DNA from: Octopus vulgaris
Lineage: Eukaryota
NCBI GenBank assembly: GCA_951406725.2
Contig: OX597815.1
Span: 107,632,001 to 107,696,000, forward strand
DNA: 64,000 bases
Reading direction: 5' to 3'
Part shown: one piece after another, positions 27,201 to 39,257 of the stretch
How the letters are laid out: each line of letters starts with the position of its first letter
Position numbering within the stretch: position 1 is the first letter of the stretch
Translations under genes and position numbers: made by a program
The notes under the pieces: model-generated
Seen by the model: only the letters and a program-made list of their open reading frames with translations
Told to the model about the DNA's origin: nothing
The model's database searches: none

Positions 27201-27594
27201 TTTTCGACGTCGCTAAAAAGGGCTCCAGGTTCCGGAAAAAACCCGTCTGTCTACCCTCGTTCGGGGCGTAGACAGCTACCAACCTGAAGGACTGTTTACT
27301 TACGTGAGTCACATCCAGGACAACCAGCCTGCCTTCTGGGTCCAGAAAGACAGTACTTACCTGCAAGTCCAAGCTCTTCCTGATGAAGACTGCCACGCCT
27401 CTGCCTCTTCCTCGGCTAGGAGAAATAAATTTCTCGAAACCATTTAGAAGAGGCGAGAACGCTTGGGTCTCGCTCATCTTGGACTCGGTTGCAATAGCAA
27501 TATCTACACTGTGTGTCGTGAGGTCGTTCAGGAAACAAATTTGTTTCCGTTTCGACCCCATTCCACGTACATTTATACAGCCCAGCTTAGCCAT
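24204..27594 (-). CDS. Tx1 ORF2: APE endonuclease, reverse transcriptase, C-terminal CCHC zinc finger; one frameshift at 26383-26388
   Basis: APE motifs INVRG, VYAPN, GDFN, YLDRIF, SDHK. RT motifs KSPGLDG, NYRPITLLN, DQSKAFDRV, VRQGCPLSP, YADD. CPRC..ETVQHAFVHC. Removing one G from a G6 run joins ORFs 26311-27594 and 24204-26441 into about 1129 aa. Confidence 0.9.
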
Positions 27595-27622
27595 TGTGGG
27601 TGAGAGAAGGAAATGTATATAC

Positions 27623-29047
27623 TCACGGTTGCGAGAGGGAGCATGACAGTTTCAATCTGCCTGCTTCCCTTTCTTCCGTTGCTGCAGGGTTCTTGACCGG
27701 CGTTGCCACTGGGCTCTGGGTGGGTGTGGTTGCCGGGGTTATTGCCAGTTTACCCTCCATTACCTCCTTGGTTACATCTCTAATAAGACGGTTCCTCAGG
27801 TGTTCCTGAAGAACCTCCTCCTTCCACTCGTTCTCCCCTACCTTCGCGAAACGAGCGGTCGCCTTCCCATCTGAGGTTCTACTATACAGTGGAAATCTCG
27901 CGAGTTTGCAGCATTTGTAAACTTTTTCATTTTTTTCATCAAAGGCTATAATTCTTTCGTTTTTCGATATGCACTTTTTGATGTCTTGTTTTATGGGGAG
28001 GGGTTTGGCAAACTGTTTTCCAATGAAAACAGTGCCATGGGGGTAGGGTTGGGGGATTTGTTTAATGTGTGTGTCTGCTGTGTTTGTTGTTTTTTTCCTT
28101 GTTTGGGGAGGGGAGTCCTGGGTGTTCTCTTTTTTTCTTTTGTGTGTGACTTGTGTGTAGTCCATTGGTTCTTTTGAATCCGTTTTCGTTTCCGTACTTG
28201 TCTTCTTCATTTGGTTGTTCTTGCTTGTTTCCTCCCCTTCAGTGACAGGTACACTTTGAGGAGGCGTTTCTTCTGTTCTTTTTTTCTTAATGCAGTTGGA
28301 CCGGACGTGACCCTTCTCTCCACACTTGAAGCATCTGGGTCTACGTCCCTCCACCGACACTCTCATGGACGTGCCGTCCTCATTAAAAATTCTGTCAGGC
28401 AGGCTCTCCAAGATCTTGTTCTCTGCCTGTACGAGGAGTTCCAAGGTCTGACCCTTCCAGCGTACCACTTCCTTCCTTCTCATTTGCAGAATTGAAATTT
28501 CCCGCTCCATGTTGTGTAGTACCGCCGCTGCCACCCACATGATGTCGTACCCTCTGGGTATGTCATCTACCACTAACTTTGCAGTTCGTTTCCCCATATA
28601 CGAGGGTAACAACATGATGTCGTCGCTTTTTAAGGTTAACGACGACACCTCCTTCGCCACTTCTGCCGTGTCGAAGTGCACCTCTACCGTAGCACTACGT
28701 GCGCCTCTCGCGATGTGACGAATTCTGTCCCACACCGGGGACAGGCACTTCTCAACAATTTCGTTTTTCGCGTCCATAATCTTTTTTTCCTTAAAGCTAT
28801 ACACTTTATAAGTTACAATCCTTTCCTTGATTTCTTGCACTTTCGCTTGCGGCGGTACCAGCCTTATCTCTCCTCCTTCCACCTTTACAAGATTCCTGTA
28901 TTCATACAGCTGTTCGATCTTGAATTCGACCTCTATCATAGCGCCGCCCACCGCGGCCGAGAATGACTGTTTGGTTACTGGGTTTTCCATGGTTTCACCT
29001 TTTCCCATCACGGGAAAATCGTCCTTCGACGTTAAGTCGAACTCCAT
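27623..29047 (-). CDS. Tx1 ORF1, gag-like nucleic-acid-binding protein with CCHC zinc knuckle
   Basis: Uninterrupted ORF (first ATG at 29047); CFKCGEKGHVRSNC knuckle; SFSAAV motif; stops just upstream of the ORF2 ATG at 27594. Confidence 0.88.
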   Translation of the reverse strand: MEFDLTSKDDFPVMGKGETMENPVTKQSFSAAVGGAMIEVEFKIEQLYEYRNLVKVEGGEIRLVPPQAKVQEIKERIVTYKVYSFKEKKIMDAKNEIVEKCLSPVWDRIRHIARGARSATVEVHFDTAEVAKEVSSLTLKSDDIMLLPSYMGKRTAKLVVDDIPRGYDIMWVAAAVLHNMEREISILQMRRKEVVRWKGQTLELLVQAENKILESLPDRIFNEDGTSMRVSVEGRRPRCFKCGEKGHVRSNCIKKKRTEETPPQSVPVTEGEETSKNNQMKKTSTETKTDSKEPMDYTQVTHKRKKENTQDSPPQTRKKTTNTADTHIKQIPQPYPHGTVFIGKQFAKPLPIKQDIKKCISKNERIIAFDEKNEKVYKCCKLARFPLYSRTSDGKATARFAKVGENEWKEEVLQEHLRNRLIRDVTKEVMEGKLAITPATTPTQSPVATPVKNPAATEEREAGRLKLSCSLSQP

Positions 29048-29891
29048 CACCTCAAAGGTAGCAAATTTCAAATAATACAAAATTTTCTGCCCCGTAGGGC
29101 GAAAATCACCGTTTCACAACGGGCACTGTTCAAAGCAGTTGGTACAAACAATAAATTCACAACTTCGACTCTCTTAAATGGGAGCAGCAATTTTCTCACA
29201 ACGCAAACAGAAAAATAACGCAATTAACAGAAGCGGTACTCAGTAGAATACTTAATGCTAGCTAATTAGCAAATAATCTAATGTAAAAGCCGTGCACACC
29301 TCAATCTGGACTATTCCATTTCTGCATTTAAATTTTATTTTTTATTTATTCCCATTCATGTGAAACCACTGATTCAAGTTCAAGTCATTGATGCAATTTT
29401 ATACCAATTGCACTATTTTTACTTTTGTCATGTTACGATAATATTATACTTTAGCTTGATTTTAATTATTACTTACTACATATAATTCAATTGTTATTAT
29501 TATTTTTATTGTTAAAGTGAAAGTATCTGACATAAAATAGAGAAATGTTTTTGTTTCACTTTTAACATGTAATACTGAAATAGTGGAGAAGATATGATAT
29601 TGCTATGGGCTCGCTCTAGGCAAGAAGTTGAACATTTTTTTGCCCATGAAACTACATGGACCCTAAGTAAGGCATATATAAAATTTGAATGAAATTGGTT
29701 GTGTAGTTCTCAAGTTTTAGGGAAACACAGACAGACAGACACACATTCTCAGTTTTATATATATAAAGATATATATGGTTGTTATATTTTTTCCGATAAC
29801 ATAATAAGTTAGATATGATGATGGTTGTTATATTTTTTGATAACATAATAAGTTAGATAGATGATGTCTATATTACAAAATTACAATAACC

Positions 29892-30116
29892 AGGGTGGCA
29901 AGCTGGCAGAATCATTAGCATGCTGGGTGAAATACATAGCGGTATTTCATCTACCGGTATGTATGTCATTCTCAATTCAAATTCTGCCTTTCATCCTTTT
30001 GGGGTCTATTAAATTAGTACTAGTTATGCACTGGGGTCGATGTAATCAACTTAATCCCTTTGTCTATCCTTGTTTGTCCCCTCTATGTTTATCCCCCTGT
30101 GGGCAATAAAGAAATA
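29892..30116 (+). mobile_element. Meta-like SINE with Tx1-like tail
   Basis: Same family as 2797-3018; ends CCCCCTGTGGGCAATAAAGAAATA. Confidence 0.8.
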
Positions 30117-30419
30117 ATACAATAACCAATAATATGTTGTGCAAGTGTAGTAATATCATGATCATGAAAGTAGCATTAGCTTACCTCATTCTTTCTCACA
30201 GAACCCCTAGGAACCTTTTGCGGAACCCTAGGGTTCCGGGGAACCCTGATTGAGAAATGCTGGTCACCATGGGAGAGTCACCATGCCAATATTCTTAACA
30301 CACTGGTCCAGTTCCACTCATTTACTAGATATCCAATTTTTTTGTTTGTTTTTGTCAAAGTTCTTTCATTGCTTTTTTGCCACCTTCTCAGTAACTATTG
30401 ACTCATTGTTATAGAGGGT

Positions 30420-31300
<881 letters not shown>

Positions 31301-32004
31301 TGTGCCTATGTGTGTATACTCTGTGGGTGGTATCTATGGCATTGGGTATCTCTACCTTTTATGTGTATTTCCTGTTTTGTATATGTAATGTTTCATTTAT
31401 GAGGACATACTCTTGTATTTGTGATGGGTCCTTCGGGTGCTCGGACAAAATGTTGATGTCAATTCATCCCAGTGTGCCACAATGTTGTTCTTTGGCATGT
31501 TGATAGAATATGGAGGACTGTTTCTTGTCATCATATTCTCTCTAGTGCTCATTCAGTCTCTTTGTTTTACTCCTAGGGGTCTCTACAATGTATGTCATGT
31601 TTCTAACCTTACACTCTCCTTCTATGCACATTATGCCGTAGACTACATTTCTAGTTTTATAGTTAATACCAAGGTTGATTAACACTATGTGTGTGTGTGT
31701 GTGTGTGTGTGTGTTTGTGTACCTCCACCAAATTTGTATCCTCATAACTCTCTTAAAAGTGCATATTCTTAAATGACATTTTGCTGAAATACATTTTCAA
31801 GACAGTAGATGACATATTGTTATTTAAAAAAAATAAGTTATGGAAATTGATCACAATAAAGTTCATAATGGAGTAAAGAATGGTCAAAAACACCTTCCCA
31901 AAAATATATTTTTTTTGTGGTTATCAACATAATTGCAATCTACTCAATGAAAAACTGATGCAAAATTTCATTTTACAAATGTGCAGTTTTCAGAAATAAA
32001 TGCT

Positions 32005-32655
32005 CATGTGGGTGTGTGGTAAGTAGCTTGCTTACCAACAACATGGTTCCAGGTTCAGCTCCACTGCATGGTACCTTGGGCAAGTGTGTTCTACTTTAGC
32101 CTCAGGCTGACCAAAGCCTTGTGAGTGAATTTGGTAGACGGAAACTGAAAGAAGCCCATTATGTGTGTGTGTATATATGCATATTTATATATATATATAT
32201 ATATAGGGAGAATTCACAAATAAACAAAAGACGATGACAGGTGGTGCAGAAAACAAACAGATGTATTAGCATAATGCTCATGAATTGGAAAAGTTTTTAA
32301 CGTTTCAAGCCTACACTCTTCCAAGGAAAGGAACACAGAAAGAAACAAGGAGAGAAAAAAATGAGAGAAACAAGGAGAGAAAAAAGGGGAGAAAAAATGT
32401 GTGTAGTGGCTAGCGATCTATCATGATGTGTGTGTATATGTTTGTGTGTATGTGTCTGTTCCCCACCCCCATCGCTTGACAACCGATGCTGGAGTGTGTA
32501 CATCCCCATAAATTAGCAGTTCAGCAAAAGAGACCAATAGAATAAATACTAGGATTACAAAGAATATGTTCAGGGGTTGATTTGCTTGACTAAAGGTGGT
32601 GCTCCAACATTGCCGCAGTCAAATGACTGAAACAAATTAAAGAGTAAAAGAGTAT
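32005..32655 (+). mobile_element. tRNA-derived SINE (third family) interrupted by a small Penelope-like insertion (about 32205-32425)
   Basis: Head GTGTGGTAAGTAGCTTGC..GGTTCAG..CCTTGGGCAAGTG; tail GCAGTCAAATGACTGAAACAA..AAAGAGTAAAAGAGT. Full copy at 41862-42274 (-); others near 4820, 17826, 22400, 38135, 49470, 63605, 63805. Confidence 0.75.
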
Positions 32656-33924
32656 ATGTACACTCAGTAGAGAGCATATGTATATAGGAACAACTTCCTC
32701 TCCTTTTAAACTCCAACAGAATAACCATAGATGTACGTTTAAGTATAGAAATAAAGCTATTTGTACATCTTTGGTTAAGTTCTTGGGCTCTCTCTCTTTC
32801 TCTTTCTCTGATAATAACATGGATATGAAATTACTTGGTCTATTGTATATAAAGCACTATGTTATAGGGGTGGAAGTGGCTGATGTGTGTTATGCATGTC
32901 TGACACTTTTGAAGTAACTAAATGCAAATTGAATATTATTAATGGTCATGATAAATTGATTAAATGCTCACAATCTTAAAGATAAATCTTTCCTAGACAC
33001 TATGAATATCTAAGCTTTATGGTATATATATGCTTCTATGGACCTACAAGAAATTATCACATTAAACAGTAGGCCATATTAAATATAAGCACCAAAATTA
33101 TATCACTATCAACCTAACATGATATAAAAAAATTCCTGCTGACCACAACATACAGAATTATGATATATAAATATATTTTTGTACCATATGCAAAATCCAT
33201 CAACATATACATAGACAAATGTAGTCATAACTAGATTCCTACTTATAAATATATACATACAAATACACACATATAAACATACATATATAAACATATATAT
33301 GTACAAACCATATCAGTAAATAAACCATCATCATCATCATCATCATCGTTTAATGTCCGTTTTCCGCGCTAGCAAGGTTATTATACAAGAAATTAGAACT
33401 GTTTAGCTATCATGTGTTACATATGCAAACACAAGTGTGAGACCAAATTGTCAGTTACTGTGTCCATAAAAGTAATAATTGATTGGAATATTATTGAACT
33501 GTTATAAGATCCCAGAGGGTACACAAGACGTAGCAGGTATGGAAAGACAGAACCAGAGATGGCTTTAAAGAATTAGCAATTGTTATCAAAATTTAATTTG
33601 AAAATATTTAAAATCAATTAGGAATATATATAGATATAGGAGAAGGTAAGAGTAGATTGCTAAAATTGATATTAAAATACAAGGCTGTGCTTACAGGAAT
33701 AGAGAAGGAAACAATAATGAAACCTATTATATATATGTTTTATATTATTACATAGAAATTATATTTTAATATCTAGGTGTACATTAGGTGCTTAATTGTT
33801 TGTATGTACGTGTACATAGTTGCATACGACGTAGAATTCTTTGTATGTATGTATGTGTGTATATGTATGTACATGTACATGTATATATACTTATCAATAT
33901 GTATATAGATATATGTATATACAT

Positions 33925-35628
33925 GTTAGTTAGTTAGTTAGTTAGTTAATTTGGCTCAAAAGCAAATAGCAAGGCCATGTAGGGGGACATGGAGTTAAGT
34001 ACAGGGTGGTGTTCATGTAAAGAGTTCAGGCCACTTGAGGTCCAGGGAGGCTTTGAACAAAGCGGTCGTCGGCATCTTCACCATCTCGTCTGGCAGCTTG
34101 TTCCACGGATCCGCAACCCGGACGGAGAAAGCTCCTCTCCTTCGATTGAGATGAAATCGTCGCAGGTAGAGCTTTTCGGAATGACCCCGCAGCCGACGCT
34201 CCGGAGCAGGAGTGAAGAACAGTTCTTTCGAGAGGTTACACTTCCCGCTTATGATGTGGGCGAGAATGAGATCACCACGGCGGCGGCGTTTTCCAAGAGA
34301 ACAAAGGTCGAGCGTCCTCAGCCTTTCTTCGTAGGACAAATTTTTGAGACCATGAACCATGCGGGTAGCCAGCCTCTGGACTCTTTCGAGGTGCTGTATG
34401 TCTTTGAGGAGATAAGGAGAAGAGGCTTGAATCCCATACTCCAATATGGGTCTCACCAGCGTGACATAGAGTGGCAGGAATATGGCTGCTGTGAGCATTC
34501 CGAATGACCGTCGAATCAAAAACAGAATTCCGCGCGCTTTGTTGGCAGCATGGACGCACTGGGCCAAAGGCGAAAAGGAGGAATCCACCAAGATACCCAG
34601 GTCCTTTACCTGATCGGTCCTCTCCAGCAGCAGACGACCCGGCTCGAAATCAAGTTGAGTTGCAGGAGTAGAGCCGACAGGCAGATGACAGCACTTTGAC
34701 ACGTTCAGACACAGGTCCCAATCGTTAGACCACTTCCAAATTTGGTGGAGGCATCGACGAAGATCCTCTATACTACCGCGAGGAGCGACCAGTTTGATAT
34801 CGTCGGCAAATAGAAGGGTGTGTTGCGTGAGGTCGTCGGGCAAGTCATTTATGAAGACTAAGAACAACAAGGGCCCAAGCACTGAACCTTGAGGCACGCC
34901 ACTGCTCGCACTGGAGACGTCGGACCGCGAACCATTAACTTGAACTTGGAAGGAGCGATCTGAGAGGAAGGCACCAACCCATCATACAATATCCGGATGG
35001 AAACTATATGCTTGAAGCTTGACAAGTAGTAGGCGGTGGTTTACCGAGTCAAAAGCTTTGGCAAAGTCCAATAAAACGATGTCAACAGCATCACTATCAT
35101 CGAGGATGCGCGTCACTAATTCTTCCATTACTAGTAAGTTGGTCAAGCATGATCTCTTCGGCACGAAGCCGTGTTGGGAATCAGTGATCGAGGCTGTGTT
35201 TAGGAGGTGGAGCATCATACTTTTCTTAAGGATGGTTTCGAACATCTTGCTGATTATTGATGTAAGGGAAACCGGTCGGTAGTTAAGCGGGTCTTCGCGG
35301 CTCCTTTCTTGAAAATTGGGCAGATTATCGCTGTTCTCCAGTCTGCAGGTATAACACCCATCGCCAATGACATATTGAATAGTCGTGTTAAGGGCTCGCA
35401 GATGACCGGAGCCAACGCTTTGATAACCCGTGGGTGTATGCCGTCAGGGCCGTGACCCTTGTTGACATCGAGGCCTTGAATAACACGCTTGACTTGGTCC
35501 CGCTTGATGATCAATCGAAGCATTGGAGGTACCGATCTATCAAATGGAGGGGGTTCACGACCATCATCTTGTTTGAAAATAGTTGAAAAAGCCTCGGCAA
35601 ATAATTGACTCTGTTGATAAGGGTCCTC
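33925..35628 (-). mobile_element. 5'-truncated CR1-clade LINE (RT region), slightly decayed
   Basis: GPDGIHP, NYRPVSLTS (1-nt frameshift near 35303), QHGF..SCLTNL, DFAKAFDSV, PQGSVLGPLLF, LFADD, RLRGH..WNKLP. Premature TGA at 34982. (CTAA)n 3' tail at 33925-33948. Confidence 0.9.
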
Positions 35629-36534
35629 ATATGTATATGTAAGTGAATGCCTATACATGCATGTGTATTTATGTATGTGTGTATATATGCATATATTTTA
35701 GATATATATATACTACACTCTCGGAGTGGTTGGCGTTAGGAAGGGCATCCAGCTGTAGAAACACTGCCAGATCTGACTGGCCTGGTGCAGCCGTCGGGCT
35801 TGCCAGACCCCAGTTGAACCGTCCAACCCATGCTAGCATGGAAAGCGGACGTTAAACGATGATGATGATGATGATGATGATATGTGCATATATATGGAGT
35901 GAATATATATATATATATATATATAGTAATGTTTATATGTCAACATAACATGGCAGTCCTGTAGAGGATGACGTTAATGTGACATCATATATCATGAGAA
36001 AATCATTTATTTTCACTGTTATGCATCAAATTCTTTCTAAATGGTATTTCACAGAAATATTCTGAAATATTTCAACTACATTTATAAATTCAAAATATCT
36101 TCTTTCAGAGAAGCTATGAATTTGTGAAAGAGGTTTCTGGAAATGTGTGTATGGAAAATGTGTAAATAGTGTTCTTGCAGTGTTGGAATGTGCATAATGT
36201 TACAATCCGTGTAGCATTTTCGAGGATGGGGTAGTGTTCAAAAGCTGTATAAGCGCCTGCGTGTTAGTGTTTTGTTTATGTTTTGGTTATATTCTTTGGT
36301 GTATTAGTATAGATATGGTGTGTGTGTAGGGGTACTATATGCATAGGGGCTTATGTTGGTGGGGTAGAAAAAAGGGCTATTGGACAGATGTCTGCCGTGT
36401 TAGCACCCATATGTGTCTGTGGGTGCATTTGTGTATGCTTTGGCCAAACACTTTGCTGGATTCCAAGGTATTGTTGGTGGGAGAGTTGAATTTGGAGAAC
36501 TGGAGATTATAATCATGATGGGGCACATGGGTAT

Positions 36535-36889
36535 GATAGAATATACTTCCTTTCACGAGGGCAAGGATAAAAAAATTCACTTTTGCTGTTCAGAGAGATT
36601 CCTGGGTGCTGTGAGTTCTTTAATGTGACTCTTTTTTCCTGCTACCATAGGCATAATCTGCACATCTACCCACTATTGAAGTAAGATTAGCATTTCTCCA
36701 ATATCCCCTATTTGATGTTGTATATCTATGGTTCTTTCTTTCTATGACCATATGTTCTTAGTTAGGGTTGTAGTGCTTTGGCTCTTCTGGATGCTGAAGG
36801 AGGACTTGTGGTTGTTGTATCAGGTTCTGAAGGGTCCTTCAGTTGCTCCCACATAGTTTTGCATGTTTGGTTGCCCATTATAATGGACG
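36535..36889 (-). pseudogene. Penelope-like element GIY-YIG endonuclease remnant
   Basis: Minus-strand translation NYVGATEGPFRT*YNNHKSSF..STTTLTKNIWS*KE..CRLCL..LNSKSEF..CPRERKYIL matches the PLE endonuclease C-terminal pattern, with stops and frameshifts. Confidence 0.8.
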
Positions 36890-37359
36890 TTAATCAATGA
36901 TGATGATAATGATGATGATGATGAATATACATAAACATTTGCTAGTTAGTGGTTATAGTAACTAAGGAATAAAATATCCATATATACTATCGGTATCTAT
37001 TACTTGTACTATCACTGGGCATTATATTATATTATATTATTTGCATTATATATATGTATATATATATACATATATATAGAGAGAGAGCAAATAAGTAACA
37101 AGGATGTCCAGGTATCAGTGCATCACAGCCATTTCAAGCTCTATTTAACCAATCAATGAAAATATTACATCAATTTGAAATAAACCACTCTCCTCAAATG
37201 CAGACGACCATATATATTTCCAACAGAAAGGTTAAACCATTATTTTTTAGCAAATTCTCATCAGTACAAGAAACTAAAATAGTTACATCATTTCCTTTTG
37301 CTATTTTTGTGGCAGAAAGAATTTAGGGGAAAAAATGTATAATTAAAGCCAGCCTCCTG

Positions 37360-37422
<63 letters not shown>

Positions 37423-38772
37423 TGATATTCAGCAAAAGCAAAAGAGTAACTCAAAAGCTGGGAGTTTTGTGTGTTAGCATTTATGAAACCAAATCTAATG
37501 TGTAAATGTGTATATGTGTATATGTATGTGGTGCTATTAAGTTAGACATGGCCAGGGCCAATACTGGCCAAAACCTTTCTAAATTATTCTAAGTTATTAT
37601 GTATGTATACACACATGCACATGCACAAACACATTGTTTTTGGATAGAAAAAAGAGAAAGAGAATTTGTCTGTATGTGTGTGTTTGTGTGTGTGTGAGAG
37701 AGAGAAAGAGAAAGAGAGAGAAAGAAACTTATTTGATGCTAGCCACTTATCTTAAGTTGTCTAAGTTTGACTGGCTGATACCAAATACCAAATTACGATT
37801 CTATGCTCCTACTTCAATGAAATGCTTTGAAATAGAAACTGATTATTAACAGAAGAAAATATATTATTGTTTAGGTATTTTTTCAATGAATATTAGCAAC
37901 AGCTAATGTAATTTTATGATTGTAGACTACTTGCTACTTCATCATGTGTACAAAGTGCTTCTTCCTTTGCAGCCGTATAACATAAAAACAAATAATCATG
38001 TTACTGAATTATTTAATCATGAAAACTAACATCCATATTTTCCTTTAGAGAACATCAAAAATGTACTGGCCAGCCAGGTTACAGAGGCATGGCTAACTTA
38101 ATAGAACCCTATCGTGTGATGTCTTGTGAAAGGCACAGGCATGGCTGTGTGGTAAGACGTCTACTTCCCAATTACATGTGTCTGAGTTCAGTTCCACTGC
38201 ATGGCATTTTGGGCAAGTGACTTCTACTATAGGTTTGGGCCATCCAAAGTCTTGTGAGTGGTCTTGGTAGATGGAAACTGAAAGAAGCTCACAGTATGCA
38301 CACCACAGACACACACACACAAACACGCATGCACACAAACACACACACACATACACACATCAATGTGTGGTGTGAGTTTGCTTTTGTATTTTTCAACCCA
38401 CCGCTGCTTGAAAACCAGGGTCGGTTTATTTATGCCCCTGTAACTTAGATGTTCAGCAAATGAGACAACAAGAATAAGTACTAGGCTGAAAAAAATTAAT
38501 ATTGGGGTCAATTTGTTTGGCTAAAATTCTTCAAAGCGGTGCCTTAGCATGGCCAGAGTTTAATGACTGAAACAAATAAAAGATAAAGAAAAAAATGTAT
38601 GTATGACAATAAATGAAAAAGGAGAAGAAAAAGATCTAAACATGGCTGTGTGGTTCTGGGTTCAGTCCTACCATATGGTACCTTGGGCAAGTAATATTAA
38701 TACAGCCCTGGACTGATCAAAGACTTGTCAGTGAATTTAATAGAAGGAGACTATGCAGAAGCCCTTTGTGTA

Positions 38773-38847
<75 letters not shown>

Positions 38848-39257
38848 ATGTATTGAATAATACAAATTAAATGATATTTTTTTGAAGGCAGAATTGCCAT
38901 TAAAGGAATATAGGTTTGAGTCTCATAGTTGGTTGTTGACAAATGTTTCCACTTTGTAAGGGTAATCTACCCAGTATTTCTGATGTTCTAAAGGCGATTC
39001 TGCATTCAAAAAAATTTCTAGTTTGTATTGTTCAATACACATTTTGATGCTTATAAAAGAAAAAAAAAAATGTTAGTTTGTTTATATTTGTACACACATA
39101 TATATGTATTTATATCATCTCCATCATTGGTCTAAAGTCTACTTTTAAATGCTCACATGAGCCAGACAAAATTTGTTGAGGTAGATTTTCTATGGCTGGA
39201 TGCCCATCCTATCATGGACCCTCACCTGTTTTAGCCAAGACAATATCTATAAGATGT

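Larger units (their letters stand above)
23970..29231 (-). mobile_element. Full-length L1/Tx1-clade non-LTR retrotransposon
   Basis: ORF1 (CCHC) plus ORF2 (APE-RT-zf). 3' tail GTAATAAAGAAATA. Perfect 16-bp direct repeat AGCGGTACTCAGTAGA at 23954-23969 and 29232-29247. Confidence 0.93.
23378..29769 (-). mobile_element. Non-autonomous Helitron interrupted by Tx1 elements
   Basis: Minus-strand 5' A|TCTTTATATATATAAAA..(GTCT)n at 29769. 3' hairpin GACCCGGCAACAATGGGTC followed by CTAG|T at 23378. Confidence 0.75.
23225..30262. mobile_element. hAT (MER5-like) MITE split by nested insertions
   Basis: Left end CAGTGTCTCTCAAC (23225); right end ATTGAGAAATGCTG (30262); GGAACCC sub-terminal motifs at both ends. 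TSD poorly conserved (GTCTAAGG vs GTCACCAT). Confidence 0.6.

Noticed and set aside
24094-29075. Antisense and alternate-frame ORFs overlapping the Tx1 element
   Set aside because: Expected shadows of a GC-richer coding region; no motifs.
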